Virus record (IMG/VR): IMGVR_UViG_3300037418_001250
Strand: one strand, 5' to 3'
From: an uncultured virus (IMG/VR IMGVR_UViG_3300037418_001250)
Lineage: Duplodnaviria; Heunggongvirae; Uroviricota; Caudoviricetes
Length of the DNA stretch: 64,000 nucleotides
A model generated the notes under the pieces. The model searched no databases. It was not told the origin of the DNA and saw only the letters and a list, made by a program, of their open reading frames with translations. Made by a program: the position numbers and the translations under genes. This document shows, in pieces, positions 8,090 through 17,397 of the stretch. How positions within the stretch are numbered: the stretch's first letter is position 1; each line of letters opens with the position of its first letter.

Positions 8090-9664
8090 ATGCTGAAAAA
8101 ACTGTCGGGTCTCGTCAAAAAGGACAAAGACCTTCCCGAGCGGGCGCACACGATCGACGCGCTCGATCAGTTCCGCACCGGCAAGATCTACGATCACCTG
8201 CCGTTCGAGTTTCACCAAGAGCGGGACGACGACGATAAGTATATCCCGATGTGCGAGCGGGCGCCGTCGGTCCGCTTCGGGCTTTTGTCGATCATCGTCA
8301 AGGACAGCACGTCGCTCCTGTTCGGCGACAGCCACTTCCCGGCGATCGATACCGGCGTCAAGCCGGACGCCGAAGGCAAGAACCCGTCGAACGACGCGCT
8401 CGCCCGCATCATCAAGGACAGTTCCTTGCCGAAGGTGATGCTCGACGCCGCCGTCCGTGGCTCCGTCGGCTCTGTCGTCGTCATGCTGAAAGTTTTGAAG
8501 AACCGCGTCTTCTGGGAGGTCATGTCGACCAAGTTTTTGACCCCGGTCTACAAGAAGGACGAACCCGACACGCTCGAACTCGTGATCGAGAAGTACAAGG
8601 CCAAGGGCCGCGTTTTCAAAGGCCTCGGCTACAGCATCGACGACAAAGACCTCGACCGCGATTTCTGGTTCGAGCGCCACATCGGCGAGCAGGAAGAGTT
8701 GTGGTATCTGCCGTGGCCGGTGATCTACACCGACGCCGACGAAAAGCTCGGCAAGTACAAAGTACGCCTGAAAGACGAGGGGCGCAGCGTCGTCCACAAC
8801 CTCGGCTTCAATCCGTGCGAGTGGATCGAGAACCTGCCCGGCGGTGACGGCGTCGACGGGGCTCCGACGTTTCCCGACATGGCGATCGCCAACGCCATCG
8901 AGATCGATTACCTCCTGTCGCAGAACGGCCGCGGCTTGAAGTACACCGCCGACCCGACGCTCTTGATCAAAGAGCCGGGCTATTCCGACATCGGCGCGCA
9001 GCTCATCGCCGATCCCAATGGCGGTCAGCCCAAGGCCGCCATCGTCAACGGCGCCGCCGACACCTTGAAGGTCGGCGATGGCGGCGACGCCAAGATGCTC
9101 GAAATCTCGGGCGCCGGCTTCGGCGTCGTGCTCGAACAAGTGGCGAAGCTCCGCGAGCTGACGCTCGAGCTTTGCGGCGGGGCTCGCGCTTCGCCGGAAA
9201 AGCTCGCCGCGGCGCAGTCGGGCAAGGCGATGGAGCTGATGAACCAATCGCTCATCTGGCTCGCCTCCGAGCTGCGGCAGACCTACGGCGAAAAGGCGCT
9301 CATCAGCCTCGTCGCCAAGATCGCAACCGTCAACCAGCGCCTGCCACTGCGGACCAAGATGGGCGAGCTGATCCCGGCAAAGACCATCAAGGCCGACGCC
9401 GTGTCGCTCAAGTGGCCGCCCTGGTACGCGCCGACCGCCGCCGACCATCAGGCCTTGGCGACGGCCATCAAGACTTACCGTGACGCTGGCGTGATGCAGA
9501 GAAAGACCGGCATCCGCGCCATTCAGCACGACTTCGACATCGAGAACGTCGATGACGAAGCCAGCGAGATCGAGCGTGAAGAGAAAGAGGCCGCCGATGC
9601 GGCTCAAAAGCTCAAAGCGCCCGCCAGTGCAGCGACACCGCCTGGAGCGCGTGCCGCCGCATGA
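8090..9664 (+). CDS. portal protein
   Basis: 524 aa after terL; SPP1-like QSGKAMEL motif. Confidence 0.85.
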   Translation: MLKKLSGLVKKDKDLPERAHTIDALDQFRTGKIYDHLPFEFHQERDDDDKYIPMCERAPSVRFGLLSIIVKDSTSLLFGDSHFPAIDTGVKPDAEGKNPSNDALARIIKDSSLPKVMLDAAVRGSVGSVVVMLKVLKNRVFWEVMSTKFLTPVYKKDEPDTLELVIEKYKAKGRVFKGLGYSIDDKDLDRDFWFERHIGEQEELWYLPWPVIYTDADEKLGKYKVRLKDEGRSVVHNLGFNPCEWIENLPGGDGVDGAPTFPDMAIANAIEIDYLLSQNGRGLKYTADPTLLIKEPGYSDIGAQLIADPNGGQPKAAIVNGAADTLKVGDGGDAKMLEISGAGFGVVLEQVAKLRELTLELCGGARASPEKLAAAQSGKAMELMNQSLIWLASELRQTYGEKALISLVAKIATVNQRLPLRTKMGELIPAKTIKADAVSLKWPPWYAPTAADHQALATAIKTYRDAGVMQRKTGIRAIQHDFDIENVDDEASEIEREEKEAADAAQKLKAPASAATPPGARAAA

Positions 9665-9785
9665 CCGCCGACGTGGGACGGGCGACGGCCATCGCTCACC
9701 TCGCTGAGGCACACCCGCCGTTTCATCGCTGCAGACGGTGAGCGGCCCGGCGCTTCTGCAGGGCGCCGTTGACGAACACTAAACG

Positions 9786-9915
9786 AGGGGGAGTTCGCGG
9801 GGCCTGATGCCCGGCAGCTCTCCCTTTCGCATTTGAGACGCCCCGCCAGATGCGGCGCGCAAAGCCTGAAACCACCGCAACGCCCGCAAGCCGATGACCG
9901 GCTGTGCGGGCTTTT
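9786..9915 (+). promoter_or_regulatory. structured 5' leader of scaffold gene (three NNGAY-loop hairpins)
   Basis: GGGC-CTGAT-GCCC, CCGC-CAGAT-GCGG, AGCCG-ATGAC-CGGCT. Confidence 0.55.
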
Positions 9916-9933
9916 CCTTTTATGGGGGATGAC

Positions 9934-10689
9934 ATGAAATTCGGACTTGGCCTCGATGGCCACCTTGGGGCGCTGGCGCGTCTTCTTGCACTGAATGCGG
10001 CCTTCGAGGGCGAAGGCCTTGGAACCGGCGAGGGCGACGATAACAACAGGCCGCCGAAGCGCCGCGCCAGCAGCCGCGACGGCGACGACGATGACGACGA
10101 GGGCTTCGACGATCCCGTCGAGAACAGCCGCGGCAACCGCTGGCGGCAACCGTCGGCCTACGAAATCCAGCTCCGCAAGGAAACCGCCAAGTATCGCAAG
10201 CGGGCGCAGCAGGCCAAGGACGACGCCGACGCCGCGCTCGCCGAGCAGAAGGCCGCGCACGATGCGGCCGTCGCCGCCTTGAAGGCCGAGCACCAAGCGG
10301 CGCTGACGGCGGCCAAGACGGAAGGCGAGACCAGCCTCGCCAACCTCAAGAAGGAAAGCGATCAGCGCTACGTCAACTTCCACATCAAGTCGGCGCTCGC
10401 CGCTGCCAAATGCCAGAACGTCGAGGACGCCTTGAAGCTGATTGACGGATCAGCTATCAAAATTACCGACGCGGGTGACGTCGAAGGCATCGAAGGCCTC
10501 GTCGATCAGCTCAAGAAAGACAAGGCGTACCTGTTCGCTGCGGAAGTTTCAGACACGACGTCGAAGGCCCCAAAGCCGAAACCCGGTGAGCCAGCAGACA
10601 AGACGGCCGCCGATATGACGCCGGAAGAGTACGAGGCAGCGAGAGCGGCCTATACAGGCAGCACAGTGCGCCGTCGCCGCTCCGCGTAG
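9934..10689 (+). CDS. capsid scaffolding protein (GP20-like)
   Basis: Coiled coil; DALKLID...LKKDKAYLF; precedes capsid gene. Confidence 0.8.
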   Translation: MKFGLGLDGHLGALARLLALNAAFEGEGLGTGEGDDNNRPPKRRASSRDGDDDDDEGFDDPVENSRGNRWRQPSAYEIQLRKETAKYRKRAQQAKDDADAALAEQKAAHDAAVAALKAEHQAALTAAKTEGETSLANLKKESDQRYVNFHIKSALAAAKCQNVEDALKLIDGSAIKITDAGDVEGIEGLVDQLKKDKAYLFAAEVSDTTSKAPKPKPGEPADKTAADMTPEEYEAARAAYTGSTVRRRRSA

Positions 10690-10701
10690 GAGCACTTCAC
10701 G

Positions 10702-10750
10702 ACCCATCGGGCCTCGACGGTCAGGGGTTTAACCCCTAGCCGTCTGAGGA
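10702..10750 (+). promoter_or_regulatory. late-leader RNA element, copy 1 (major capsid)
   Basis: CATCGGGCCTCGACGGTCAGGGG; alternative pairing covers SD GAGG. Confidence 0.65.
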
Positions 10751-10757
10751 CCGCTGC

Positions 10758-12080
10758 ATGTCTATTCAGAACTTCCCCGCCAAGCTGCAGGCCGCTATTC
10801 AGCAGAAATTCCTTGAGCGCGAGTTCAGGGAAGGCCTCGAAAGCACGCTGACGTACCGCAACATCGCGGACGCCGAAATCTTCCCGGCCAACGTCGGTGA
10901 GACGATCACCAAGACCCGCAAGGGCCTCAAGGCGCCGACCACGACGCCGCTCGATCCGACGACCAATACCAACCTCGACAACGGCCTGACGCCAACCGGC
11001 TGGACGATCGAGCAGTACGAGCTTGGCGTCGATATGTACGGCGACACCATCGACCTCAACATGGTGACCCAGGGCGTCGGCATCGCCGATCAGTTCCTCC
11101 ACAACGCCCGCACCAACGGCATCCAGGCGATGCAGTCGGTCGACCGGCTCGCCCGCAACAAGCTCAACGAAGCCTATATGTCGGGCAACACCCGCGTTAC
11201 CGCCACGCTCGGCGCCGCCGGGACGACGATCACGGTCGACGACATTCGCGGCTTCGAGCAGGTCATCGTCAACGGCGTGCTGAAGGACGTCTCGACGGCC
11301 AACACGATGAAGGTCGTCGTCGGCGCCACCGAGTACACGCTGACGGGCGTTGCAGCCGACGGCACCAATTCGTCATCGGTCGCAGCCTTCGGCGGCAAGT
11401 CGGGCAGCCTGACCTTCTCGACCAACGTCTCGATCGCCGACGGCACGTCCGGCAACGCCGTCGTTGCCCACTACGCGCCGACCGTGCTGCGCGTCGGTGC
11501 CCGCTCGACGACCGCCGGCCTGCAGGCGACCGACAAGTTCGGCATGGCCATCGCGCTCGACGCCGTGACCCAGCTCCGCAACAACGCCGTACCCGGCGTC
11601 GGCGGCGGCTTTTACGAGTGCTATCTCGATAACACCTCGGCCCGCCAGCTCTTCGCCGACGACGACTTCAAGCAGCTCTACCGCGGCAAGGGCGCCGCGC
11701 AGGAGTTCCGCGAGGCGCGCGTCATCGAGCTTCTCGACCTCCGGTTCATTCCGACGACGGAAGCCATTCAGCAGAAGATCGGCTCGGTCAATATCCACCG
11801 GCCGCTCATCTGCGGCGCCGGTTGCATGGTCGAGGGCATCTACGACGACACGGCCTATTCCAACCTGCCCGAGGTCGACAACCAGATCATCGACGTCATC
11901 GAAGGCATCGCGATGGTCACCCGCGCGCCGCTCGACCGCTTGGCGCAGATCATCGCGCAGTCCTGGTACTACATCGGCGGCTTCACCTGCCCGACCGACG
12001 TGACGGCCGACCAGACGATCATTCCGACGGCCTCGAACGCCATGTTCAAGCGCGCCGTCATGATCGAGCACGGCGGCTGA
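10758..12080 (+). CDS. major capsid protein
   Basis: 440 aa after scaffold; strong codon bias; followed by terminator. Confidence 0.85.
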   Translation: MSIQNFPAKLQAAIQQKFLEREFREGLESTLTYRNIADAEIFPANVGETITKTRKGLKAPTTTPLDPTTNTNLDNGLTPTGWTIEQYELGVDMYGDTIDLNMVTQGVGIADQFLHNARTNGIQAMQSVDRLARNKLNEAYMSGNTRVTATLGAAGTTITVDDIRGFEQVIVNGVLKDVSTANTMKVVVGATEYTLTGVAADGTNSSSVAAFGGKSGSLTFSTNVSIADGTSGNAVVAHYAPTVLRVGARSTTAGLQATDKFGMAIALDAVTQLRNNAVPGVGGGFYECYLDNTSARQLFADDDFKQLYRGKGAAQEFREARVIELLDLRFIPTTEAIQQKIGSVNIHRPLICGAGCMVEGIYDDTAYSNLPEVDNQIIDVIEGIAMVTRAPLDRLAQIIAQSWYYIGGFTCPTDVTADQTIIPTASNAMFKRAVMIEHGG

Positions 12081-12092
12081 TCGCCGTCCTTC

Positions 12093-12126
12093 GTGAGCTA
12101 CCGGGCAATCCCTGGTAGCTCACTTT
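12093..12126 (+). terminator. rho-independent terminator
   Basis: GTGAGCTACCGGG/CCCTGGTAGCTCAC stem then TTT. Confidence 0.65.
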
Positions 12127-12161
12127 AGGCCCATTTTCATTGAGGTTTTGGAGGCCCCGTC

Positions 12162-12551
12162 GTGGCACCACGCAAGAAAACCGCCGGTCAGGCTGCAGAA
12201 GACCAGACCGATCCGAACATCGCGATCGATCCCGACGTCGAGAACGGCGCCGACGGCATCGATCCCGACGGCGCCGAAGACGAAGAGGCCGAGGAAGACG
12301 AAGCCAGCGTTGATCCAGGCGTCGATCCCCGGCCGATCAGCGAAGTGAACGGCCTGCCGATCGGCGGCCGCCCCCTGCACGATCCGCACCCTGAAACCCC
12401 GGCGAAGGCCGAGATCATTCCGGAGGCGGATTTCAACATTTCCATTCGCGGCGTGTCCTTGCAGTTCCGCGACGGAAAGAGAGCCCACGTCGAACCTGAT
12501 GTGCTCGCAGCCATCAAGGCCGCCGGGGTGCCATACAAGGTTGCGGGCTAA
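12162..12551 (+). CDS. acidic head-region hypothetical protein
   Basis: GGAGG SD, GTG start; position after capsid gene. Confidence 0.65.
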   Translation: MAPRKKTAGQAAEDQTDPNIAIDPDVENGADGIDPDGAEDEEAEEDEASVDPGVDPRPISEVNGLPIGGRPLHDPHPETPAKAEIIPEADFNISIRGVSLQFRDGKRAHVEPDVLAAIKAAGVPYKVAG

Positions 12552-12594
12552 AACCGGCGCCTTGATTTCAGCAAGCAACTAAGGATTGCAGCAC

Positions 12595-12753
12595 ATGGCT
12601 AAACGGCCCGCAAAGAAAGCCTCGAAGGCGAAGACCCGAAAGGCAATGAAGCGTCCGGCGAAGAAAGCCGCCCCCAAGGGGCGCGGCGGCCGCAAGTCGG
12701 CGACCAAGGCCCGCACGACCAACCGCTCGAACAACTCGGGCGACAGCCAGTAA
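12595..12753 (+). CDS. 52-aa histone/protamine-like basic peptide (absent from ORF track)
   Basis: MAKRPAKKASKAKTRKAMKRPAKKAAPKGRGGRKSATKARTTNRSNNSGDSQ; TAAGGA SD; followed by TTCG hairpin 12772-12793. Confidence 0.75.
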   Translation: MAKRPAKKASKAKTRKAMKRPAKKAAPKGRGGRKSATKARTTNRSNNSGDSQ

Positions 12754-12818
12754 GCCTGAGTGACAAGCATGGCCCGCATCTTCGGGTGCGGGCTCCTCCT
12801 TCAACGTGAGCGGGTTTG

Positions 12819-13193
12819 ATGTTTACCGATACCGAGAAAGTGAACATTCGCCGCCACCTCGGCTATCCGTTCTCGGGCAACGCCGCGACGCAGCACTTCG
12901 GCGTCCGCTTCATGCGGGCCTGGGGCGCGCTCGAATACAAATTGAACCACCTCGCCAGCGAAGAAGAGGCGATGGTCCGTTCCTACCTGACGCAATGCGA
13001 TCAGCTTGAAACCGATCTCTACACCGTGCGCGAGAACGCCGATACGGCGCTCGCTGCCGTGTGGACGCGCAACCCCGCCGAATTGGCGGAGCGGGAAGCG
13101 CTTTATACGAAATTCCGCATGAAGCTCGTCGGGCTCTTCGACGTGCCGCCGGGTCCGGCGCTCTGCAACTCAACCACGAGGCGGGTCGTATGA
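12819..13193 (+). CDS. head-tail adaptor (putative)
   Basis: TDTEKVNIRRHLGYP N-terminus; synteny. Confidence 0.65.
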   Translation: MFTDTEKVNIRRHLGYPFSGNAATQHFGVRFMRAWGALEYKLNHLASEEEAMVRSYLTQCDQLETDLYTVRENADTALAAVWTRNPAELAEREALYTKFRMKLVGLFDVPPGPALCNSTTRRVV

Positions 13194-13447
13194 GCGAGAC
13201 CGCCAAGAAAATCTCATTGGCTCCCGAGTTGCCGCCAGCGCAGAGCGCCCTTGAAGTCGCCGCTATGCTTGAGGGGCTGCTAGAGCGAGCGAAGACCGGC
13301 GAAATCGTAGCTCTCGGCGCCGCCTACGTAACCCGGTTCCGGGACGGCGGCTCGATGGTCGCCGGTTCCGTCGAGCGGGTGACGTTGCTCGGCTCCGTTG
13401 CGCACCTGCAGAGCCGTATCATTAAAGCCCTCGATGGTGGCACCTGA
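13190..13447 (+). CDS. hypothetical protein
   Basis: ATGA overlap. Confidence 0.55.
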   Translation: MSETAKKISLAPELPPAQSALEVAAMLEGLLERAKTGEIVALGAAYVTRFRDGGSMVAGSVERVTLLGSVAHLQSRIIKALDGGT

Positions 13448-14103
13448 TGGACGGCGCCACGATCACCGCCCGCATCAACAAAGGTCTCGGCATCGCCGCC
13501 AAGAAGGTCGGCCTTGCCTACGACGTTTATCGTCCGAACGGGCCATTGAACCCGCTCGCGGTGGGAAACAAGATCGCGACCGGCGTCGCCATGACGTTTG
13601 CCCCTTACGGCAACTGGTTTCAGTTCGGCACGCCGTCGCAGCACGGCGACACCTATTACACCGGCCTCTTCGATCCGACCGACTACCGGATCGGCGACTA
13701 TCTCGTCTCGGCGAAAGACACCTATTTCATTCTGTCGCTCGATCATATCGAGCCGCCGCTCGTCGCCCAGGCCTTCCGCACGATGGACTTCTGCCGCCCC
13801 GTCAACGCCACTGACGTCGCTGGTCGCAATCCCCGCTACGGCGGCAACGACGCGGCATCGGAAGAGCACTACATGACGGGCTGGCCGATCTCGCTCAACC
13901 TTGAGCGCAAGCTGGCGCAACCGATGGCCGGATTGCCGGGCGATGCTTCGGCCGCCTCGATGGAATTTCTTCTGCCCTACGCGGGCGTCGAAATCGTCAA
14001 CGCCGACATCGCAATCGACAGCGACGGCAACAGATGGGTCATCGGCGCCGTTGAAAAGTCGCCGCTCGGCTGGCGCATCTACGCCAGAGAGGCGGTGGCC
14101 TAA
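13447..14103 (+). CDS. head closure/neck protein (putative)
   Basis: Synteny; beta-rich. Confidence 0.6.
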   Translation: MDGATITARINKGLGIAAKKVGLAYDVYRPNGPLNPLAVGNKIATGVAMTFAPYGNWFQFGTPSQHGDTYYTGLFDPTDYRIGDYLVSAKDTYFILSLDHIEPPLVAQAFRTMDFCRPVNATDVAGRNPRYGGNDAASEEHYMTGWPISLNLERKLAQPMAGLPGDASAASMEFLLPYAGVEIVNADIAIDSDGNRWVIGAVEKSPLGWRIYAREAVA

Positions 14104-14288
14104 TGGCGGACCAGTCCTACAAGGCCTCCTTCAACCGCGAAGTCATGCGCCGCTACAAGATGGCGGTCTCGAAGACGCCCCGCATGGGCAGCAAGGCCCT
14201 CAAGGCGCGGCGTGCGGCGGCCCGCAAGCAAAAGAGCGCCATGAGCGCCCGCTCGACCAAGAGCGGCGCCAGAGCCGGGGATAGCTGA
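14103..14288 (+). CDS. 61-aa basic peptide ending GDS
   Basis: TAATG coupling; K/R/A/S-rich. Confidence 0.7.
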   Translation: MADQSYKASFNREVMRRYKMAVSKTPRMGSKALKARRAAARKQKSAMSARSTKSGARAGDS

Positions 14289-14289
14289 C

Positions 14290-15171
14290 GTGGCTGATCT
14301 CTCCGACGTCGAAGACGCGCTCGCCGATCTCATCGCGCCGCCGTTCTACCCGAACGGCCCCGACGCCGCGCCCGCCATCGATGCGGCGATGGTCAAAATC
14401 TATCCCGGCTGGCCGCAATCGGACGCGCTCGACAAGGACGTCCGCAAAGAGCGGGTCAACGTCTCGATCTTCGCCAGCAAGGGCGAGAAGAACGTCACGC
14501 GGTACATGCGGGAGTGGCGGGAGCTCTCCCGCAACGATGCGACGCTGACGGCGACCGTCTCCGGCAACACCTTGACCATCGGCGGCACGGTCGCGGTCGA
14601 CCAGAATGTTCACGCCGTCGTCGCTGGTCGGAATTACGTCTACGCGGTCCAGGCTGGCGACACTCTGCAGATGATCGCAGCGGCGCTTGCCGCGCTCATC
14701 AACGTCGACACTCCGGCCTCGGCCGCAGGCAACAGCATCACCGCCGATCATATCAGCGGCGCTTCGATCGGCGTCGTCGGCAAGCTCGCACGGGAAGTCC
14801 GCCGCACCGAAAAGCAGTTCATGGTGACCATCTGGGCGCCGAGCGACGCGCTCCGGGTCGCCGCCGCCAAGCTCATCGATCCGGTCCTTTCGGCGATCTC
14901 TTACCTGCCGCTTAAGGACGGCTCAAAGGGTTTCGTCACCTACGTCCGCTCCGATGACAACGACGATCCGCAGGAAGCTTTGATCTACCGCCGCGACATC
15001 GTTTTCATGGTCGAATACCCGACGCTCGAAATCATCGACGGCACCGAATTTATCGCGGGCGAGATCGCAACCAGCGGCGCGCAGCGCTCCGACATCGTGA
15101 CGCCGCCGCTCAACATTCAAACCGGCGACGTGGGCACCGATGCGCCCGGCTGGCCGGGAGCGGAGTGGTAG
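14290..15171 (+). CDS. tail completion/terminator-like protein (putative)
   Basis: IYPGWP motif; synteny. Confidence 0.6.
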   Translation: MADLSDVEDALADLIAPPFYPNGPDAAPAIDAAMVKIYPGWPQSDALDKDVRKERVNVSIFASKGEKNVTRYMREWRELSRNDATLTATVSGNTLTIGGTVAVDQNVHAVVAGRNYVYAVQAGDTLQMIAAALAALINVDTPASAAGNSITADHISGASIGVVGKLAREVRRTEKQFMVTIWAPSDALRVAAAKLIDPVLSAISYLPLKDGSKGFVTYVRSDDNDDPQEALIYRRDIVFMVEYPTLEIIDGTEFIAGEIATSGAQRSDIVTPPLNIQTGDVGTDAPGWPGAEW

Positions 15172-15172
15172 C

Positions 15173-15733
15173 ATGGCGCTCTTTTTCAGCCGCAACGAGT
15201 TCAAGGTCGTGAGGTTGCCGGAAAAGCCGGTGCCGAACGCCATCTATTTCGTCTTGAAGGCGGGTTACGTCGAAGAGTGGGTGACCGACGTCAAGGGCGT
15301 CGCCTATCAGGTCAAATCCGACGGCGGGGCGGGCAGCGATCCGGGAACCGGCGGCGGCGGCGACTTCACGGTCACGCTCGAGACTTCGGAGACCGTCGTC
15401 GCTGGCCAGCCGCTCCGGGTCAACAGCGGCTCGAAGTTCGAGCTGGCGTCCGCCGCGAGCTTCAACACCGCCCGCACCGCGGGTCTTGCCACCGCCAACA
15501 CCGCCGCGGGCTTTGCCGCCACCGCCGACCGGACGCAGATCACACTTTCCGATTGGACGGCGGTCGCCGGTAGCCAGCTTTTGACACCCGGCGCTACCTA
15601 TTTCCTCGGCGTCGTGCCGGGCACCATTACCAGTATCCCGCCGAACTCGGTCGGGCAGTGCGTGTGCGTCCTGGGCGAAGCCGTCTCGACGACGACGCTC
15701 GCCATTGAAATGTCCGATCCCATTCAGCTCTAA
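15173..15733 (+). CDS. virion fibre/decoration protein, paralogue of next gene
   Basis: Shared W.AV.G...LT.GA.YFL...G..T..P...GQ....G.A.S. Confidence 0.6.
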   Translation: MALFFSRNEFKVVRLPEKPVPNAIYFVLKAGYVEEWVTDVKGVAYQVKSDGGAGSDPGTGGGGDFTVTLETSETVVAGQPLRVNSGSKFELASAASFNTARTAGLATANTAAGFAATADRTQITLSDWTAVAGSQLLTPGATYFLGVVPGTITSIPPNSVGQCVCVLGEAVSTTTLAIEMSDPIQL

Positions 15734-15745
15734 GGAGAAAAATTC

Positions 15746-16231
15746 ATGGCGATCAAGAAACCCCTCGTGCTCGGCACGAACGGCCTGCCGCAGCAGCTCC
15801 AGTCCGGCGACACCATCGCGGTGCCGACGTCGCAGACGAACACGATGGCGATGTCGAACGCCGAAGCCTCGGCGCTTGTCATCGGCACGCCGGTCTACAA
15901 TCAGGCGGCCGGCGCGGTAAAGAAGGCGCAAGCCAACGCCACCGGCACCGCCCGCGTCATGGGGCTCGTTGCCGACGCCTCGATCGCTGCGGCCGCTTCC
16001 GGCGCCATCGCCACCGACGGCGTTCTGACGGCAACGACGACGCAATGGGACGCGGTGACGGGCGAGACCGGCGGCCTGACCTTCGGGGCGATCTATTTCC
16101 TCGATCCGGCCAACGCGGGCAAGCTGACCCGCACCGTGCCCTCGACCGCTGGCCAGCTCGTCGTCAAGGTCGGCATCGCCCTGTCGTCGGTCGACTTCCT
16201 GGTCGAGATCGAGCCTGAAATCCTGCTCTAA
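15746..16231 (+). CDS. virion fibre/decoration protein
   Basis: TAAGGAG SD; paralogy with both neighbours. Confidence 0.65.
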   Translation: MAIKKPLVLGTNGLPQQLQSGDTIAVPTSQTNTMAMSNAEASALVIGTPVYNQAAGAVKKAQANATGTARVMGLVADASIAAAASGAIATDGVLTATTTQWDAVTGETGGLTFGAIYFLDPANAGKLTRTVPSTAGQLVVKVGIALSSVDFLVEIEPEILL

Positions 16232-16241
16232 GGGGTAATCC

Positions 16242-16685
16242 GTGGCTGGTCGCAAACCTATCGTCGTCGGCGCGAGCGGACTGCAGCAACAGTTGCAGTC
16301 CGGCGATAGCTTCGGCGGTGGCAACATTGCCTACTCGGAACAGCACTACTATCCGCTGGCGACCATCGCCGACGCCGCGACGCTCGCCTGGGATGCTTCC
16401 GCCAAGCAGAAGGCCAAGGTGACGCTCGCTGGCAACCGGACGATGGGGGCCGTCCTGAACGCCGTCGAGGGCGCAACCTATCTCTTGTGGGTCATTCAGG
16501 ACGCCACCGGCTCGCGCACGCTGTCATGGACGACGACAGGGGCAGGGTCGTTCGATTTTGGCGCTGCGGGCGCTCCGACGCTGACGACGACGGCTAATAA
16601 GGCCGACCTGTTGCAGTTCGAAGCCGTCACCATCGCCGGGACGTTGAAACTCCGCTTCGTTGGCATCGCCAAGGGGTACGGCTGA
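16242..16685 (+). CDS. fibre adaptor protein
   Basis: N-terminus shared with 15746; QDATGSRTLSW...PTLTTTANKADL fibre motif. Confidence 0.65.
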   Translation: MAGRKPIVVGASGLQQQLQSGDSFGGGNIAYSEQHYYPLATIADAATLAWDASAKQKAKVTLAGNRTMGAVLNAVEGATYLLWVIQDATGSRTLSWTTTGAGSFDFGAAGAPTLTTTANKADLLQFEAVTIAGTLKLRFVGIAKGYG

Positions 16686-17386
16686 TGCTCGCAACCATGC
16701 CCTTCGTCGGCGCTGGCCTTGCTGCGGCGCCCGCTGGCGACCCGACCCTCGTCGGTTGGTGGAAGCTCGACGACGGCGCGGGATCGTTGGCCGCCGACGC
16801 CTCGGGGAACGGCAACAACGGCACGATCACGGGCGCGAGCTGGGTCGCGGGCCATATCGGCGGCGCGCTATCCTTCAACGGCAGCTCGAACGTCGTGTCG
16901 ATGGGCAAGCCCGCGGCGCTCAACCTGACGCACGTCGGCACGATCGCCTGCTGGGTCAAATACGACAACACGACCGCCGCGGGCAGCAGCAAGTGGCCGA
17001 TGATCCTCGGCAACGGCGATTGGGACGCCGACGTCAACGGCTATCTGTTCGCGCTGAACAGCGAAGCGGGCAACGAAGGCCAGGTCATTTTCGAAATCCT
17101 CAACGGCTCGGGCGGCGTTTTCGTCGTCAGCACGGCGAAGTACGGCAACAGCGCTTGGCATCACCTTTGCGGCACCTGGAACGGCAGCGCGCTTACCCTC
17201 TACGTCGACGGCGTTTCTGTCGGCACGACGCCGCAAACGGCCGACGCGGTGTCGGGTGCCAACCCCTTTGTGATCGGCCGCAACGCCGCCGCCGCGGATG
17301 GCTTTTTCGCCGGATCGGTCGACGACGTTCGCGTCTACAACCGGGCGCTCTCGGCGACGGAAGTCGCGGCGCTCGCTGCCATGTAG
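16685..17386 (+). CDS. LamG/concanavalin-A-like lectin domain protein
   Basis: LVGWWKLDDG, WHHLCGTWNG, LYVDG, G.VDDVRVYNRALS. Confidence 0.9.
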   Translation: MLATMPFVGAGLAAAPAGDPTLVGWWKLDDGAGSLAADASGNGNNGTITGASWVAGHIGGALSFNGSSNVVSMGKPAALNLTHVGTIACWVKYDNTTAAGSSKWPMILGNGDWDADVNGYLFALNSEAGNEGQVIFEILNGSGGVFVVSTAKYGNSAWHHLCGTWNGSALTLYVDGVSVGTTPQTADAVSGANPFVIGRNAAAADGFFAGSVDDVRVYNRALSATEVAALAAM

Positions 17387-17397
17387 GAAGGTGAGGA

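Noticed and set aside
6728..9712. Long antisense ORFs (6728-7939, 7958-9712 and similar elsewhere)
   Set aside because: Shadow frames of high-GC genes; no motifs or SD
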